A stretch of 63,956 bases of DNA, filler included, from Welwitschia mirabilis (Eukaryota), in assembly GCA_051453625.1 (NCBI GenBank). It is 6 parts of one record of this genome, joined end to end, with 100 filler letters (N's around TTAATTAATTAA, not from the genome) between each part and the next. Parts side by side here need not be neighbours in the genome. Positions count along the whole stretch, not along the records: positions 41,617 to 56,640 come from JBOZIK010000001.1; positions 56,741 to 59,267 come from JBOZIK010000001.1; positions 59,368 to 62,366 come from JBOZIK010000001.1; positions 62,467 to 63,956 come from JBOZIK010000001.1; 2 more parts are not named here. One strand, given 5' to 3'. The translations under genes were made by a program, and so were the position numbers. Positions 51,123 to 63,956 of this stretch are shown one piece after another. Position 1 is the stretch's first letter. Each line of letters begins with the position of its first letter. The notes under the pieces are model-generated. The model ran no database searches. It had not been told where the DNA came from and worked only from the letters and a program-made list of their open reading frames with translations.

Positions 51123-52752
51123 CTAAGCACATGATTACTAATAAGAATTTAATTAACATAATTGATTTTAAAACAAATTAATCAAATATATTGGTGGAAT
51201 GAATATAGAAATATCTGAAGATTGGTTGAATCTAATCTTTTTATTGTAATGCCTAAAGTAAGAAATTTACTTAATCACACTAAGACATATGGAATTCAAA
51301 TATGAATCAAGTTAAAAATGATTAAGTAGCATCATAGATTAAACCATGAAATAAAGCTTAAATAAGATGTAGAAGATGGTAAAGGAAAGATTATCTTTCT
51401 CTTAAATGGGATCTTTTAAGTTAATAACTACTTCTACCATGATCAAGGCATAAGTAAAATTATGAGGGGATGTATAAAATTTAAACCTTTATCATTAACT
51501 TTTTGGATATATTTTAATTCTAAATCTAAAACCTAGTCAAAGCTATTAGAATGAACTTTTTCAGCAAGGTAGGGACCTAATCATTTAAAGGTTAACTTGT
51601 TATGCAAGAGATGCAGTTGAGTGTTGTATAGTGATACTAATTGACCAGGTTTAAACGATTTTTGTATGAGCTTTTTATCATGTTTGTATTTGGTTTGGCC
51701 TTTGTGAATGAGATGATGGTGAATGACACTCATGCATGTCTTATCTAAGTGGTGTAATTAAAATAATTTATACTAAATGTTTTTATCATGATTCAAGACA
51801 TCAAGTTGATGGATTATGAAATAAAAGTTATAGAAAACATTAAGTAGAATTACATAATTTTTACTATAGATAAGTTCATAGGGGGAATAACAAAGAGAAT
51901 TATGCAAATTCATAAAATAAGCTTGAATAACATCATTAATTTTAAGAGAACAAGATTTCTTATTTTTGGAAATGAGTCTTTGAAGAATTCTCTCAATTTC
52001 CCTATTTGCATTTTTGGCTTGGCCATTTATTTGTGTATGATAAGCATTAGTAATTCTATGTTTGATTCCTACTAAATTTACAAAGAAGTTTCTTAATCAC
52101 TTATCAAAATTCTTGGAAAGTCAAACCTATGAAAGATATTTAATTTAAGGAAAGTGCATATGGTTTTGCCATAATTAGAATTATTACTAATTGCTTCAAC
52201 TCATTTAGTCACATAGTCGACTACTACTAAAATATAACATTTCTTGCAAGAAGATGGTTTGAAAGGATTAAGAAAGTCTATACCCAAACAATCAAAAGGC
52301 TCACATTCAAGAATAAATTATAGGGGCATTTCATGAGTTTTGGTTAAGATTCCAAAACATTGATATGCATCACATCTTCCAGAAAAACCAAAATAATCTT
52401 TAGAAAGATAAGAATAATAAAAATTAACATGGAGGATTTTATGGTAGTTGTTTGGACACTAAAGTAATCTTCACACATACCACCATGATAAAGTGAAAGG
52501 ATATCATAATGCTTCCATTTGGACACATAGTTATAGATGATCTAATATTTACATAATTGATAGAGTTGTGGCTTAATCCATTCATAATTTCTATGTTATA
52601 AAGAAACATTTTTCTTTAATTAGGACTCCAATGTTAGGGTGTTTTGAAAGTGATAAAATAATTCACAATATCAACATACCAAGTGCAAAATATTATGAAA
52701 AAGTATAATAGAGCCCATGAATGTCAAATAATTATTCATTTGAAAAGGAATT

Positions 52753-55700
52753 TGTTAGGATTTTATTTTTACGAATTGATGTCAAACAAATATGATTTTT
52801 GTAGAATTAAAAGTGATTTTATAGGTGCAAGAAACTCCTAGATCAATATCCAAAAGATAAAAAGATTTCAACATGTTCTAATTAAGGCTACTTCATATGG
52901 GGTTAACATAACATATTTGTAAGGGTGACCGAATATTGTTAGGTCTATCCAACATTTCTATAAGGGTGACCAAACATTGTTAGATCTACCTAACATTTCC
53001 ATAAGGGTGACCTAATTATCAGACTATCAAAATCTGAGCCAAGTAAGGGCAACTAGGTTTCAAGTCGATCAGATATTTTGAGGGATCGACTAATCAGCAT
53101 AAAAGCAAAAATTTTAAAGTGATTTTATAGCCATTACTTTAAAAAATCTATCCATTGCAAATGTTAGATTCCTTCCCAACTAATCCAAATGGTTATATTT
53201 TGGGAAAATCTATAAATAAGGGGAAACACTCAAAAACCTATAGAGCTTAACATTAGAATCCATTTTTGAAGAGGAAGGTTGCATTCTTGATTTGAAAGGC
53301 TTATCTTTGTACTATCATTCTTCTCTCATTCAGAACTTAGCTTTGTATCAAATCTTAGTAATAAGGCTCAATTATTAGTTCTTTCACTTGAGTGATCTAG
53401 AGCATAGAGGCTTCNNNNNNNNNNNNNNNNNNNNGGTTGAGACTTAGCCTGCAAAAGTCTGTTTAAAGATGTTAAGACTTATCCTAGAAAAATCCACTTT
53501 GTAAGGTTGAAAGTTAGCTTTAAAAACCTTGTGCTTAGTGATGCAACAAAGATCTATAATAGTATTGATCATTAACTATCTTCCAAGAGTGGAGTAAGAT
53601 GTATCCTGAACCACTATAAATCTTGTTTTGTGAATTTATTTTGCCTATGCTTTTTTATGTTATGAATGTAGATGAGTTTAAGAGAATAGTAAACTACCAA
53701 ACTACTAAAGAATCATGGGATATTCTTACTGTTGCTCATGAAGGAACATCCACTGTCAAGTAAGCAAAGATGCAGATGCTATTTACAAAATTTAAAAAGA
53801 TTAAGATGGATGAGGAAGGTACTCTTTAGGAATTATTTACTAATCTAATGGACATTACAAACTCAATGGCAAGATTTGGAGAAAAAATGGAGGAACCCAA
53901 GATAGTAAGGAAGGTCTTAAGATCCCTTCTCAAGAGATTTGAACCAAAGGTGACTGCAATTGAAGAAAGTAAAGATTTCAGCAAGATATCACTAGACAAA
54001 CTATAAGGTAATCTTTAAACTTATGAGTTAAAATTTTTTAATAAAAAGAAGAGTTTTTCTTTTAAAAGTATGCAGGAAGAAAGATCAGATGAAGAACCTG
54101 AAGAACATAGGATATTATCATTCACGGTACTTATGAATCCCACTACCCAATCATCAAANNNNNNNNNNNNNNNNNNNNNNNNNNNNNNNNNNNNNNNNNN
54201 NNNNNNNNNNNNNNNNNNNNNNNNNNNNNNNNNNNNNNNNNNNNNNNNNNNNNNNNNNNNNNNNNNNNNNNNNNNNNNNNNNNNNNNNNNNNNNNNNNNN
54301 NNNNNNNNNNNNNNNNNNNNNNNNNNNNNNNNNNNNNNNNNNNNNNNNNNNNNNNNNNNNNNNNNNNNNNNNNNNNNNNNNNNNNNNNNNNNNNNNNNNN
54401 NNNNNNNNNNNNNNNNNNNNNNNNNNNNNNNNNNNNNNNNNNNNNNNNNNNNNNNNNNNNNNNNNNNNNNNNNNNNNNNNNNNNNNNNNNNNNNNNNNNN
54501 NNNNNNNNNNNNNNNNNNNNNNNNNNNNNNNNNNNNNNNNNNNNNNNNNNNNNNNNNNNNNNNNNNNNNNNNNNNNNNNNNNNNNNNNNNNNNNNNNNNN
54601 NNNNNNNNNNNNNNNNNNNNNNNNNNNNNNNNNNNNNNNNNNNNNNNNNNNNNNNNNNNNNNNNNNNNNNNNNNNNNNNNNNNNNNNNNNNNNNNNNNNN
54701 NNNNTTTTATCCAAGAAAATTTCAACTTTAGTAGTAGGACATTATGTTAATTAGTTATTGATTATTACAATTTCTTTTAAATCTTCAATTATTGTAATAT
54801 GATGTGATTCTTGGAATTAGCATTGTGATATTTACCTTATTATTAGATTTGCATATTAATTATTACTTTTTGTGAAACTTTACCTATTAGTTTTGAATAT
54901 TTTGATGTTTTGTAATTAAATCTTATTATCAAGAACATAGCATCAAGTTGGTTTTCTTTCAGAAATTATGAATTAAAATTTATCATCTCATTTACATACC
55001 TAGATTTAAAAACTCTATCATGATTATTATTTTTATGCATGGCATAAAGTTAGGGGGAGAAGATGTAGTGCTTTCAAAGTATTTTTGTTGAAGTATTTTG
55101 TNNNNNNNNNNNNNNNNNNNNNNNNNNNNNNNNNNNNNNNNNNNNNNNNNNNNNNNNNNNNNNNNNNNNNNNNNNNNNNNNNNNNNNNNNNNNNNNNNNN
55201 NNNNNNNNNNNNNNNNNNNNNNNNNNNNNNNNNNNNNNNNNNNNNNNNNNNNNNNNNNNNNNNNNNNNNNNNNNNNNNNNNNNNNNNNNNNNNNNNNNNN
55301 NNNNNNNNNNNNNNNNNNNNNNNNNNNNNNNNNNNNNNNNNNNNNNNNNNNNNNNNNNNNNNNNNNNNNNNNNNNNNNNNNNNNNNNNNNNNNNNNNNNN
55401 NNNNNNNNNNNNNNNNNNNNNNNNNNNNNNNNNNNNNNNNNNNNNNNNNNNNNNNNNNNNNNNNNNNNNNNNNNNNNNNNNNNNNNNNNNNNNNNNNNNN
55501 NNNNNNNNNNNNNNNNNNNNNNNNNNNNNNNNNNNNNNNNNNNNNNNNNNNNNNNNNNNNNNNNNNNNNNNNNNNNNNNNNNNNNNNNNNNNNNNNNNNN
55601 NNNNNNNNNNNNNNNNNNNNNNNNNNNNNNNNNNNNNNNNNNNNNNNNNNNNNNNNNNNNNNNNNNNNNNNNNNNNNNNNNNNNNNNNNNNNNNNNNNNN

Positions 55701-56640
55701 NNNNNNNNNNNNNNNNNNNNGGAGAAAATATGCTTGATTTTTCTAGCGATATATCTAAATTTTTATTTATTTGCCATTGATGACAAAGCGCAAGAGAATA
55801 TGATGCACTAATATTATTTATATGGCTTTGTCAAAGGGGGAGATTTTATTATGTTAATATGCCTTGTTAGAAAGATCTTAAAAGATGAAATATTTATTTG
55901 ATCTTAAAATTACTTATTTGTTTGCCATTAATGTTAAAGGGGTAGATTTTTAGGATTTTATTTTTGCTAATTGATGTCAAACAAATATGATTTTTGCAAA
56001 ATTAAAAGTGATTTTATAGGTGCAAGAAACTACTAGACCAATATCCAAAAGATAGAAATATTTCAACATGTTCTAATTAAGGCTACTTCATGTGGGGCCG
56101 ATCTAACATGTTTGTAAGGTCAATTGGACATTGTTAGATCTACCCAACATTTTTGTAAGGGTGACTGAACATTATTAGATCTATCCAATATTTCTCTAAA
56201 AGAAACCTATGAGCAGACTATCAAAATCTTAGCCAAGTAAGGGTGACCTAATACTTTTGTAAGGGTGACCAAATCTCGAGTTAACTGGATATTTCGAGGG
56301 GTCAACCGGTCAGCATGGAAGTGGAAATTTTAAATTAATTTTATAACTATTACTTTACCAAATCTATCCATTGTAAATGTTAGATTCCTTTCTAACTAAT
56401 CCAAATGGTTATATTTTGGGAAAATCTATAAATAAGGGGCAAAACTTAAAATCCTACAGAGCTTAACTTTGGAATCCATTTTTGAAGAGGAAGGTTGAAT
56501 TCTTGATCTGAATGGATTATCTTTGTACTATCATTCTTGTCTTACTCAGAACTTACTTTTGTGTCAAATCTAAGAAATAATTCTCCATTGTTAGTTATTT
56601 AACTTGAGGGATCTAGAGCATAGAGGCTTCATTCTCTCAC
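52753..56640 (+). mobile_element. Sirevirus (SIRE/Maximus)-like copia element, internally deleted and gapped; LTRs 52753-~53690 and 55948->56640
   Basis: Long direct repeats contain tandem GGGTGACC...AACATT motifs and CTATAAATAAGGGG. Several PPT-like AGGGGGAGA motifs lie at ~55052, ~55833 and ~55936. A SIRE-type gag fragment is present. Confidence 0.8.
53700..54050 (+). pseudogene. gag: SIRE-type gag (UBN2) fragment
   Basis: Translates KESWDILTVAHEGTSTVK*AKMQML...GEKMEEPKIVRKVLRSLLKRFEPKVTAIEESKD. Confidence 0.85.
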
Positions 56641-56740
56641 NNNNNNNNNNNNNNNNNNNNNNNNNNNNNNNNNNNNNNNNNNNNTTAATTAATTAANNNN
56701 NNNNNNNNNNNNNNNNNNNNNNNNNNNNNNNNNNNNNNNN

Positions 56741-59227
56741 TTATTTAACATCATATTAAATTCTTATGTTAGAATTACATTAGTTCTTGCTTTGGTATTT
56801 TATACCATTTGTTCAACAATCGCTACATTAGAAATTTGGGTTTTTTTTTTGTGTTAAGATCTCTAGGATTAATTTCCATTATGCATCTTCTAGAATAAAT
56901 AGTAGCATCTACAGTAGCCATTCATAGCCTTCTAAGAATCACTGCATGGGTATATTCTTGAGTTTTTATTATTAGTAAATCTATCAAATAAATGAAACCT
57001 TGGAGTTAAATGGATATATTTTTTAGAACTTCTTCTGGTATAACTGTTGAGCTATCTGCTAAGTAAACTTTTCCTTGGTAAGGTATTAATTTTGGTTTTT
57101 CTAATTCTTCTAAGTTTCATCAGTCATAACATTAATACTTACTCCAAGATCTACAAGTACTTCTACTTTAAGTTTTCCATCTATTTTCACATCTATCATA
57201 GGTGTTCTTGGATCACTATACTTTTATGTTGTCCACTTTAAAAAACTTATGTGGAAGCCTAAGAAACTTGATCCTTTCTTACCATCTCAATGTGTTTTTC
57301 TTTTTTATGTTCTTTTTTAGCTTTATATTTTAAGCACGTGATCTTCATATGTTTCCAATACATAGGCATATCCTTTAATAATTTTAAAAAAGGTATTGAT
57401 ATTTTTGTATCTGCTAATATCCTTGTTAAATATTCTATATTTTTTTCAACTTTTTGGTGTTTTATCTGTTTATTTCTCATTGAGAAAGGTAAAAAATCTA
57501 CTAATGTATCATTCATTGTTTTCCTTTTAACTTTTTCCTCTTCTTTATCTAGGGAGTTACTTGGATTGGCATTCTTTTTCTGTGATTCATTTGTCAATTT
57601 TTATTTCTCAGATCTAGCAATTCCTATTGTACTTATTATTTTTTTAGGATTTAGTTGAGGTTAAGCAAGGATTTTTTCTTTTTTTTGTCCATTTTTGAAT
57701 TTTTTTTTAGTATTTTAGATCTCTATTTTTTAATTTCTATAATAATCATACTACTCTTACCTCTTTGAGCTTACATACCTTTGTAAAGATATCTCCATTT
57801 TTTCTTTTTATTTCTTGCTTTAATAGGGATATGGTTTCTTTCAAGTTTAAGGTTTGTTATCAAAATTTAAAACTAATTTATTTATATCTAATCACTAAAC
57901 AAATTCTTACATTTCATCATGATTTTCTTCCCCACAATGTTCACACATAGTTCATCTTCTCCTTTGAGGTGTTTCATAGCTAACTAATCAAAATTTTCTA
58001 CCATGTTATTAGTCATTTTTTCTGTTGCTTCTTTCATAAGACTAATATGTTGTAAGCTATATATACTATCATCTAATTCTAGAGAACATAATTTATTTAC
58101 TTTTTTCTCCTTTTTGTTTTCTTAACCCCATCCTTAACTCATATTATAAAACTGAGTAATGGCTTAGCCCACTTCTTAGACATTATCGGTTTGATGCTTC
58201 CTCTACATAACAAGTTTAATTCCTTTAATGTCTAACTCTACAGTTCTCTAAGTATGGCTCTGACTCATTCTCTAGATGTGATTCCATGATTAGGACATTT
58301 GGCTAGTAATATGATATACTTATTCATAATTTCATCAAATATTTCATACTCTCTTTGTTTAATGTTCAGGAATTATTCTCTTAAATCTTCCACCATTCTC
58401 CTAGATTAAAATATAGTTAAGAAAGCATTCTTAAGGGTTCTCCATGAACTAAAAGCATGATTAGGGTTCATATGATACCATAATTGAGCATCTTCTTTTA
58501 GCTAAAAATAAAGTTAGAATCTGAGTTGACATAATTAGCTTTACAAAAGGCATCAAATAAACTTAGGTGTAATAGGGGTTATTCTCACTTTTTTCCTTCA
58601 AAAGTGGGCATTGTGGCACTATTTATACTTCTTACTTTATCTGGTTGCTATAAGGCTATAGGATTGAAACACTTAAATCATCTAACCAGTGGGTATCATG
58701 GTTCAATGGTCTTGAATCTCCATCATCTTCCTAATAACATCCTATTACCACTTTCATTTTAGATTTTCTGACCTGAATAGTGAATGAGGTGATGTAAGAA
58801 AGATTCGCAATCATTGCTCAGATTTGGTTATCAATTCAGGAAAGATTTGGTCTTTTACCATCTTTTTTAAGGTTNNNNNNNNNNNNNNNNNNNNNNNNNN
58901 NNNNNNNNNNNNNNNNNNNNNNNNNNNNNNNNNNNNNNNNNNNNNNNNNNNNNNNNNNNNNNNNNNNNNNNNNNATGGTCTTGAATCTCTATCATATTCT
59001 CGATAACATCCTATTACAACTTTTTTTCAGGTTTTCTAACCTAAACGGTCTAAGTAGATTCTCCTAATGAATGAGGTAATGTAAGAAAGCTTTGCAATCA
59101 TTTCTTAAATTTGGTTATTAATTTAGGAAAGATTTGGTCTTTTACCATCTTTCCTAAGGTTATTTCATCCTCTATAAAATTGTCTTCTTCTATTCTAATT
59201 TATTAATGTTTTTGGTCTACTTGCTAG
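56741..59227 (-). pseudogene. Gypsy gag remnant of a different family
   Basis: The minus strand gives ATMPTFEGKSENNP..HL and SWRTLKNAFL, and ORF 57259-57597 reads LPFSMR...ILADTKISIPFLKLLKDMPMY.K. Confidence 0.7.
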
Positions 59228-59367
59228 ATCATAATTATATGGATCTTTAATATACCTATCTCTTTCANNNNNNNNNNNNNNNNNNNNNNNNNNNNNNNNN
59301 NNNNNNNNNNNTTAATTAATTAANNNNNNNNNNNNNNNNNNNNNNNNNNNNNNNNNNNNNNNNNNNN

Positions 59368-61357
59368 TTAGGTTATCTATTTTGAATTAGTATTGTATTT
59401 TTTTTAGCTTATGTTAAAGTAGGTTTATTATTGAAACTTAAATTTTTTCATTTTCTTTTTATTTTCCTATTGTCTTACCTATCATTCCAACAACCTGAGA
59501 GGATTACAGTCTAAAAATTTCTCCATGTTTCTGCATTCTCGTATTATTTTTTTAGTAAAATAAATCTCCTATCATCCTTTTTCTTGTCCCCATAACATAC
59601 CTGAACGATAGTCTACTATCTTTTTTAAGTTTCTATAATTTTATATTTTTCATTTATTGTGATCATCGTCCTACCTATCGTTCCCATGACAAGATGGATA
59701 ATAGTCTACTGTTTTTGATTTCTTCATTCTGTTAGTTGTTTGAGCATGTAGAGATATGGTGAATATTGATGAAATATCAGAGAGAATAAAACATAATTGA
59801 AGAAAATATTAAAGAAGGATTAATCGACTTCGAATTAGATCTAGGTACACACACCCCAGGTATGCAAATTTCTAGAATTGAAGAAGAAGATTTTTTTGCT
59901 TTTATTATTTCAGAATCCTATTTTGCAAAAGAAAAGTATAGTGGAGAAGGTGATTGTATTGTTTCTTCGAAAATGTCGAATATTTGAAAAGTGTCGTAAA
60001 AACAAAATCAAGTAGCTTCTTTTAATGCTCCAATCGTAATAAGAACTTTTTCTTCAAATGTGAATGTTATGCTTAGAGATTTAATTACTAATAGAAAATG
60101 TAAAATTCAAAATCCTTTTGATTTACCTCTTGGAGATGATGTAGAGTTAAGAAATTTAAGTGCATACACAATTTTTTCGGGGGAACTAGAAGAATATCCT
60201 TTTCAACATCTAGCTGATATAGAGCAACTTGTGCTTACATCAAATGGAAAAAAACATTTTAGTGATCAGATATACATGATTATTTTTTCAAATACCTTTA
60301 GAGGGAGGGCAAAAATTTGGCTCAAAACCATTCCACATAAAAGTATTAAATCCTGGAGTTAAGTGCAAGAAGTTTTTATTAAAAGATTTTTAAGTGAAAG
60401 TACTATGAGAAAGAGAAGAAAAGAAGTTACTAACATTCAATAACAACCTCATAAAGATTATGCAAGAGAAGAAAAGAAGTTACTAACATCCAACAACAAC
60501 CTCATGAAGATTATACAACTACTTATGAACATTTTATAATTGCTAGTCATTCCAACCCTATTGATGAATTTCATAAGAAAGAACTAGAAGATTATTTTTA
60601 TAACAGATTGAATTCTTTAACCAAACAACTTATAGACTTTTTTTTGTGGAGGTAATTTATTGAATTTAAGCTTAGATAATGCTTGAAGTGCGCTCAAGAA
60701 TTTAGTGAAAATCAGTTAAACTTGGCCTAAGTCCACTAAGGAAAATTATACTATAGGACAAATTTTGAAAGACCTAAAAGAGGTAAAACATGATAAGGAA
60801 GAACAAAGGGAGGATTCAACTAACTTGATGAAAGATTTCACTACTACTTTAGAGAAGTATACTCAAAGGATAGTTGATGCAAAGATTGTTAATAATGAAC
60901 CCTTAACTTCTAATTTTAAACTTTGTAAATATGATTCCCATTCAACAAAAGAATGTCCCTTGTTACCAACTTGCAAAAAAAGAATGTTTGAGGAAGTATG
61001 TGCTATCAACCAAAAAACTTCTAACTTTAAGAGCTAATCACCATTTTAACAAATACTAAGTGGAAAATCTAATGGAAACCATTTGAGAATAGATTTAAGA
61101 ATTCCAACTTCCAACCAAATTCTCAACAAAATTGGAATGATCCCCTTAGAGAATCCATTGAGGAAATGAGAAAGGTACAAGAGAAAGCCAATAGAAACAT
61201 TGAAAACCTAGTGAATGTGTTTCAACAAATAATGCTTACCAACCAAAAATCATAAGGGTCTCTTGTTTTCCAATCAATGCCCCAACCAAACGAAGTTAGA
61301 AGAGACTATTATAATAAAAAATGGGGAAGATACAACACATTCTACCCATGAGGTTTT
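59368..61357 (+). mobile_element. Athila-like leader and gag remnant, same subfamily as 14918-16355
   Basis: ORF 60060-60362 reads NPFDLPLGDDVELRNL...PFQHLADIEQLV...RGRAKIWLKTIPHKSIKSW, followed by ORF 60765-61037. Confidence 0.85.
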
Positions 61358-61457
61358 NNNNNNNNNNNNNNNNNNNNNNNNNNNNNNNNNNNNNNNNNNN
61401 NNNNNNNNNNNNNNNNNNNNNNNNNNNNNNNNNNNNNNNNNNNNNNNNNNNNNNNNN

Positions 61458-62366
61458 CACTACAAGTTCGCATAAGCGGAGATCAAAGGGTGAAAGGTCC
61501 ATCTCGAGTGTTGTAGAAAGATGTTCCTTTGGTGGAGGGCTATGTATTCTTCATTGAATCTTGGCTATTTTGTAAGCCGAATGCTTGTAACTTCTTAAAA
61601 CAAAAGCCTTATTTGTTTTTATATTTGCATGTTAGATTCTCATATTACCCTTATTATTTATGATTTCCCTTGATCTAGTGATAATTTATTGGATGATATA
61701 GATCATCGAGGATTTCCTTTGTTAAGGATAAAATTAAGTAGTGTTAGTTCCATTTTTCATTTCATCTAGATTAGTTGCATCTTGCATTTGGTATTATAAT
61801 TTATTTTCTTACATTTGTCTCTTATTTTTTTCCCTATTATTTTTTTACAAAGAAACCCAAGTTTCATCTTATAGTCTTTAATGTGAATATAAAATTTAGG
61901 GTGTACTCCCACTCATACTAGTGTGATGTATTATGTGAGATATCTATTTATTTTATGAATGACATAATCCTTTTAAACTTAAGCACATATACAAATACAC
62001 ACCACAATAAATGAACACATTGTCAAGGAAGGATATTGAGGAGTATAAGGTTTGTCATTATTTATGTGAGTATATTAAACCTCTGTTTGGTTATTTATCT
62101 ATAACGATTTTGTATTTTATTAGGAACTATAGGTTTTTTGTTTTGTAGTTTTTCAGTTTCAATTTTCAGATTTAGTTTTCTATAGAAAAATAGTGGTCAT
62201 CCCTTTTGTCATCAACACGACAGTCAGGATAATAGTGTACAATTTTAGTTTTTAGTTTTATTTTTGGATTTCAAATTTTTATATAATAAATTAGTCTTTA
62301 TCATCTTCTACGCTATCTGGATGACCAGGTTGATGACAGTCTTGTTTTCTAAGTTTTCCGCTTTCT
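61458..62366 (+). mobile_element. Athila-like LTR 3' half (ends ~62009), very decayed PBS and leader
   Basis: Ends ACAAATACACACCACAATA like the other LTR ends. The downstream sequence parallels 30895-31200. Confidence 0.65.
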
Positions 62367-62466
62367 NNNNNNNNNNNNNNNNNNNNNNNNNNNNNNNNNN
62401 NNNNNNNNNNTTAATTAATTAANNNNNNNNNNNNNNNNNNNNNNNNNNNNNNNNNNNNNNNNNNNN

Positions 62467-62972
62467 TACAAAAGATGGACTAGAAATGAAGGAGGAGAAG
62501 GATATTTATAGATTTCCAAAAGATGGATTTGGAGGCAAGCCCTAAAAGCGGGAAGTAGAAACCCTAATAACCCATATGGGTTGTTTGACCCCATTTACAA
62601 TAGAATTTATTGCTACAGTATACAAATAGTTGTCGTCTCTTATGTCATCCACACGACATGGTGGACGATGCCGCCTTATGGCTTGGGCAGTGCTTCATGT
62701 GCTGCCATTGGCCCATGGGTTGCCTACACATAGTCCCAATGTTGTCATCCTGTATGTCATCTAGATAATTATGTGGATGATGCCCCATCATCATGTGCTG
62801 CTGCTGGCGTCGCCGACTACTGTCCACGTCAGTAGTCTAGTCGTCCTATGTGTCGTAGGGATGACTAATGGGACAATGGTCTTCTTTTGTTCTTCTCTCC
62901 CTGGTGAATCAGTCTTTGCCTTGTACAACCCTTTTTCCAATTCTGCAGTATCATAATAGGCCCAAGAAATTG
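62467..62972 (-). repeat. Athila-like LTR U3 fragment with retained CpGs
   Basis: The start is colinear with 17050-17170 (minus-strand TATA CTATAAATA). It is rich in GTCGTC/GACGA motifs. Confidence 0.6.
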
Positions 62973-63071
62973 NNNNNNNNNNNNNNNNNNNNNNNNNNNN
63001 NNNNNNNNNNNNNNNNNNNNNNNNNNNNNNNNNNNNNNNNNNNNNNNNNNNNNNNNNNNNNNNNNNNNNNN

Positions 63072-63520
63072 NTATTAAAGATTTGGTAATACAAATTGAA
63101 GAGGATTACTACCCTATTGATGTAATTATCATAAAACTTAAATATAACAGAGGATATCCTTTACTTCTAGGTACATCCTTTTGTGCAATAGCCCATTGGA
63201 CCATTGATATAAGAAAAAAAAGCAATGAAATGTCATTTTGAAAATAGAACTTTTATGATTAAAGTCTTTGATGTAGCTGAGAAAGATTTGGGTGATGATA
63301 ATATAAACATTAAGGATAATGTTAAACATACTTTATTTTTATAAGAATACCAACTTGAAAAAAGATAAATGTAACCAAATAAGCATGTGCTTTATTATGA
63401 TCAACTTAAGAATGAAGAAGAAAAGAAACTTTTTGAGTATAAGGAAGTCCAACTTTTCAAGAAAAATCATGAGGAAGATTATTAAATTCATAAGCCAAAA
63501 ATTGAAAATCATGATTTGAA
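63072..63520 (+). pseudogene. Gypsy protease C-terminal region remnant
   Basis: IKDLVIQIEEDYYPIDVII followed by YPLLLG, homologous to 13470-13700. Confidence 0.7.
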
Positions 63521-63956
63521 TTCAAAAAAGAAAAATATTTTTAATAAACTTAGAGATAAAACTCTTGTATTTCATGAAAATGTTTTATCCAAGTTATCAT
63601 TTCTCTTCCCTTTGACTTCCAAACTTTGTTCTTTAATGTGGCATCATAAAGTGCTATCCATAACTCCTCTCTTCATCCAATTGATTTACATGAAAATAAT
63701 TCCACATCTCTTATATTTTATCAATTGGTAAATTTTTTATTTGGATCTTACTTATCTAAAAAACTTAAGACCACAACAGATCCTTAATTTTTCCTTTCTT
63801 TGTTTTCAATAAAATAGTGTTTTTAGCCTTAGGATTTGAATAAAAGCTTTCTTTCTTTGTTATTTTCTTTTTATTTTTCTATTTTCAGAGTCTTTATTTT
63901 TATTTTTTGATTTTTATTTTTATTTCTATTTATAGTTTTTGATTTTCTGCTTTTGC

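Larger units (their letters stand above)
47523..52752 (-). mobile_element. Athila-like element fragment (INT and 3' region), interrupted by element D and bounded by the Sirevirus-like insertion
   Basis: 51400-52700 is colinear with the integrase region of element A (560-1900). A GPY motif lies at ~51568-51581. 48226-48390 matches 1-150. Confidence 0.8.

Noticed and set aside
57290..57658. Hydrophobic 122-aa membrane-protein-like ORF
   Set aside because: It is the antisense shadow of the Lys/Glu-rich gag remnant on the minus strand.
58705..59162. Diverged duplicate across the gap at 58875-58974
   Set aside because: It could be two haplotypes or paralogous contigs and cannot be told apart from an artefact without reads.
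1..63956. Species assignment, and a prokaryote-style novel system (defence island, retron, DGR)
   Set aside because: Nothing diagnostic of a species is visible. All RT-like motifs belong to dead plant LTR retrotransposons and no intact multi-gene system is present.

Overview
This is very AT-rich eukaryotic DNA, almost certainly a draft land-plant scaffold with many N gaps. It consists almost entirely of old, nested, degenerate LTR retrotransposons. I see no intact host gene, RNA gene or CRISPR array. One Athila-like Ty3/gypsy family dominates, present as about ten partial copies on both strands. It has ~1.2-1.3 kb LTRs, a decayed tRNA-Asp-type PBS, gag-PR-RT-RH-INT, and an extra ORF before the 3' LTR. 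All copies are riddled with C-to-T/G-to-A stop codons. Also present are fragments of at least one other Athila-like family and an internally deleted Sirevirus-like copia element. Two small, structurally complete non-autonomous LTR elements carry perfect 5-bp target-site duplications: a gag-only copia element (9851-12607, TSD CCTTC) and an apparently non-coding element (48499-51122, TSD CTAAG) with a perfect 20-bp palindrome in each LTR. These two are the most interesting objects. Five N44-TTAATTAATTAA-N44 blocks are assembly spacers. Family names come from motifs recognised by eye, no searches were run, and many boundaries are approximate.
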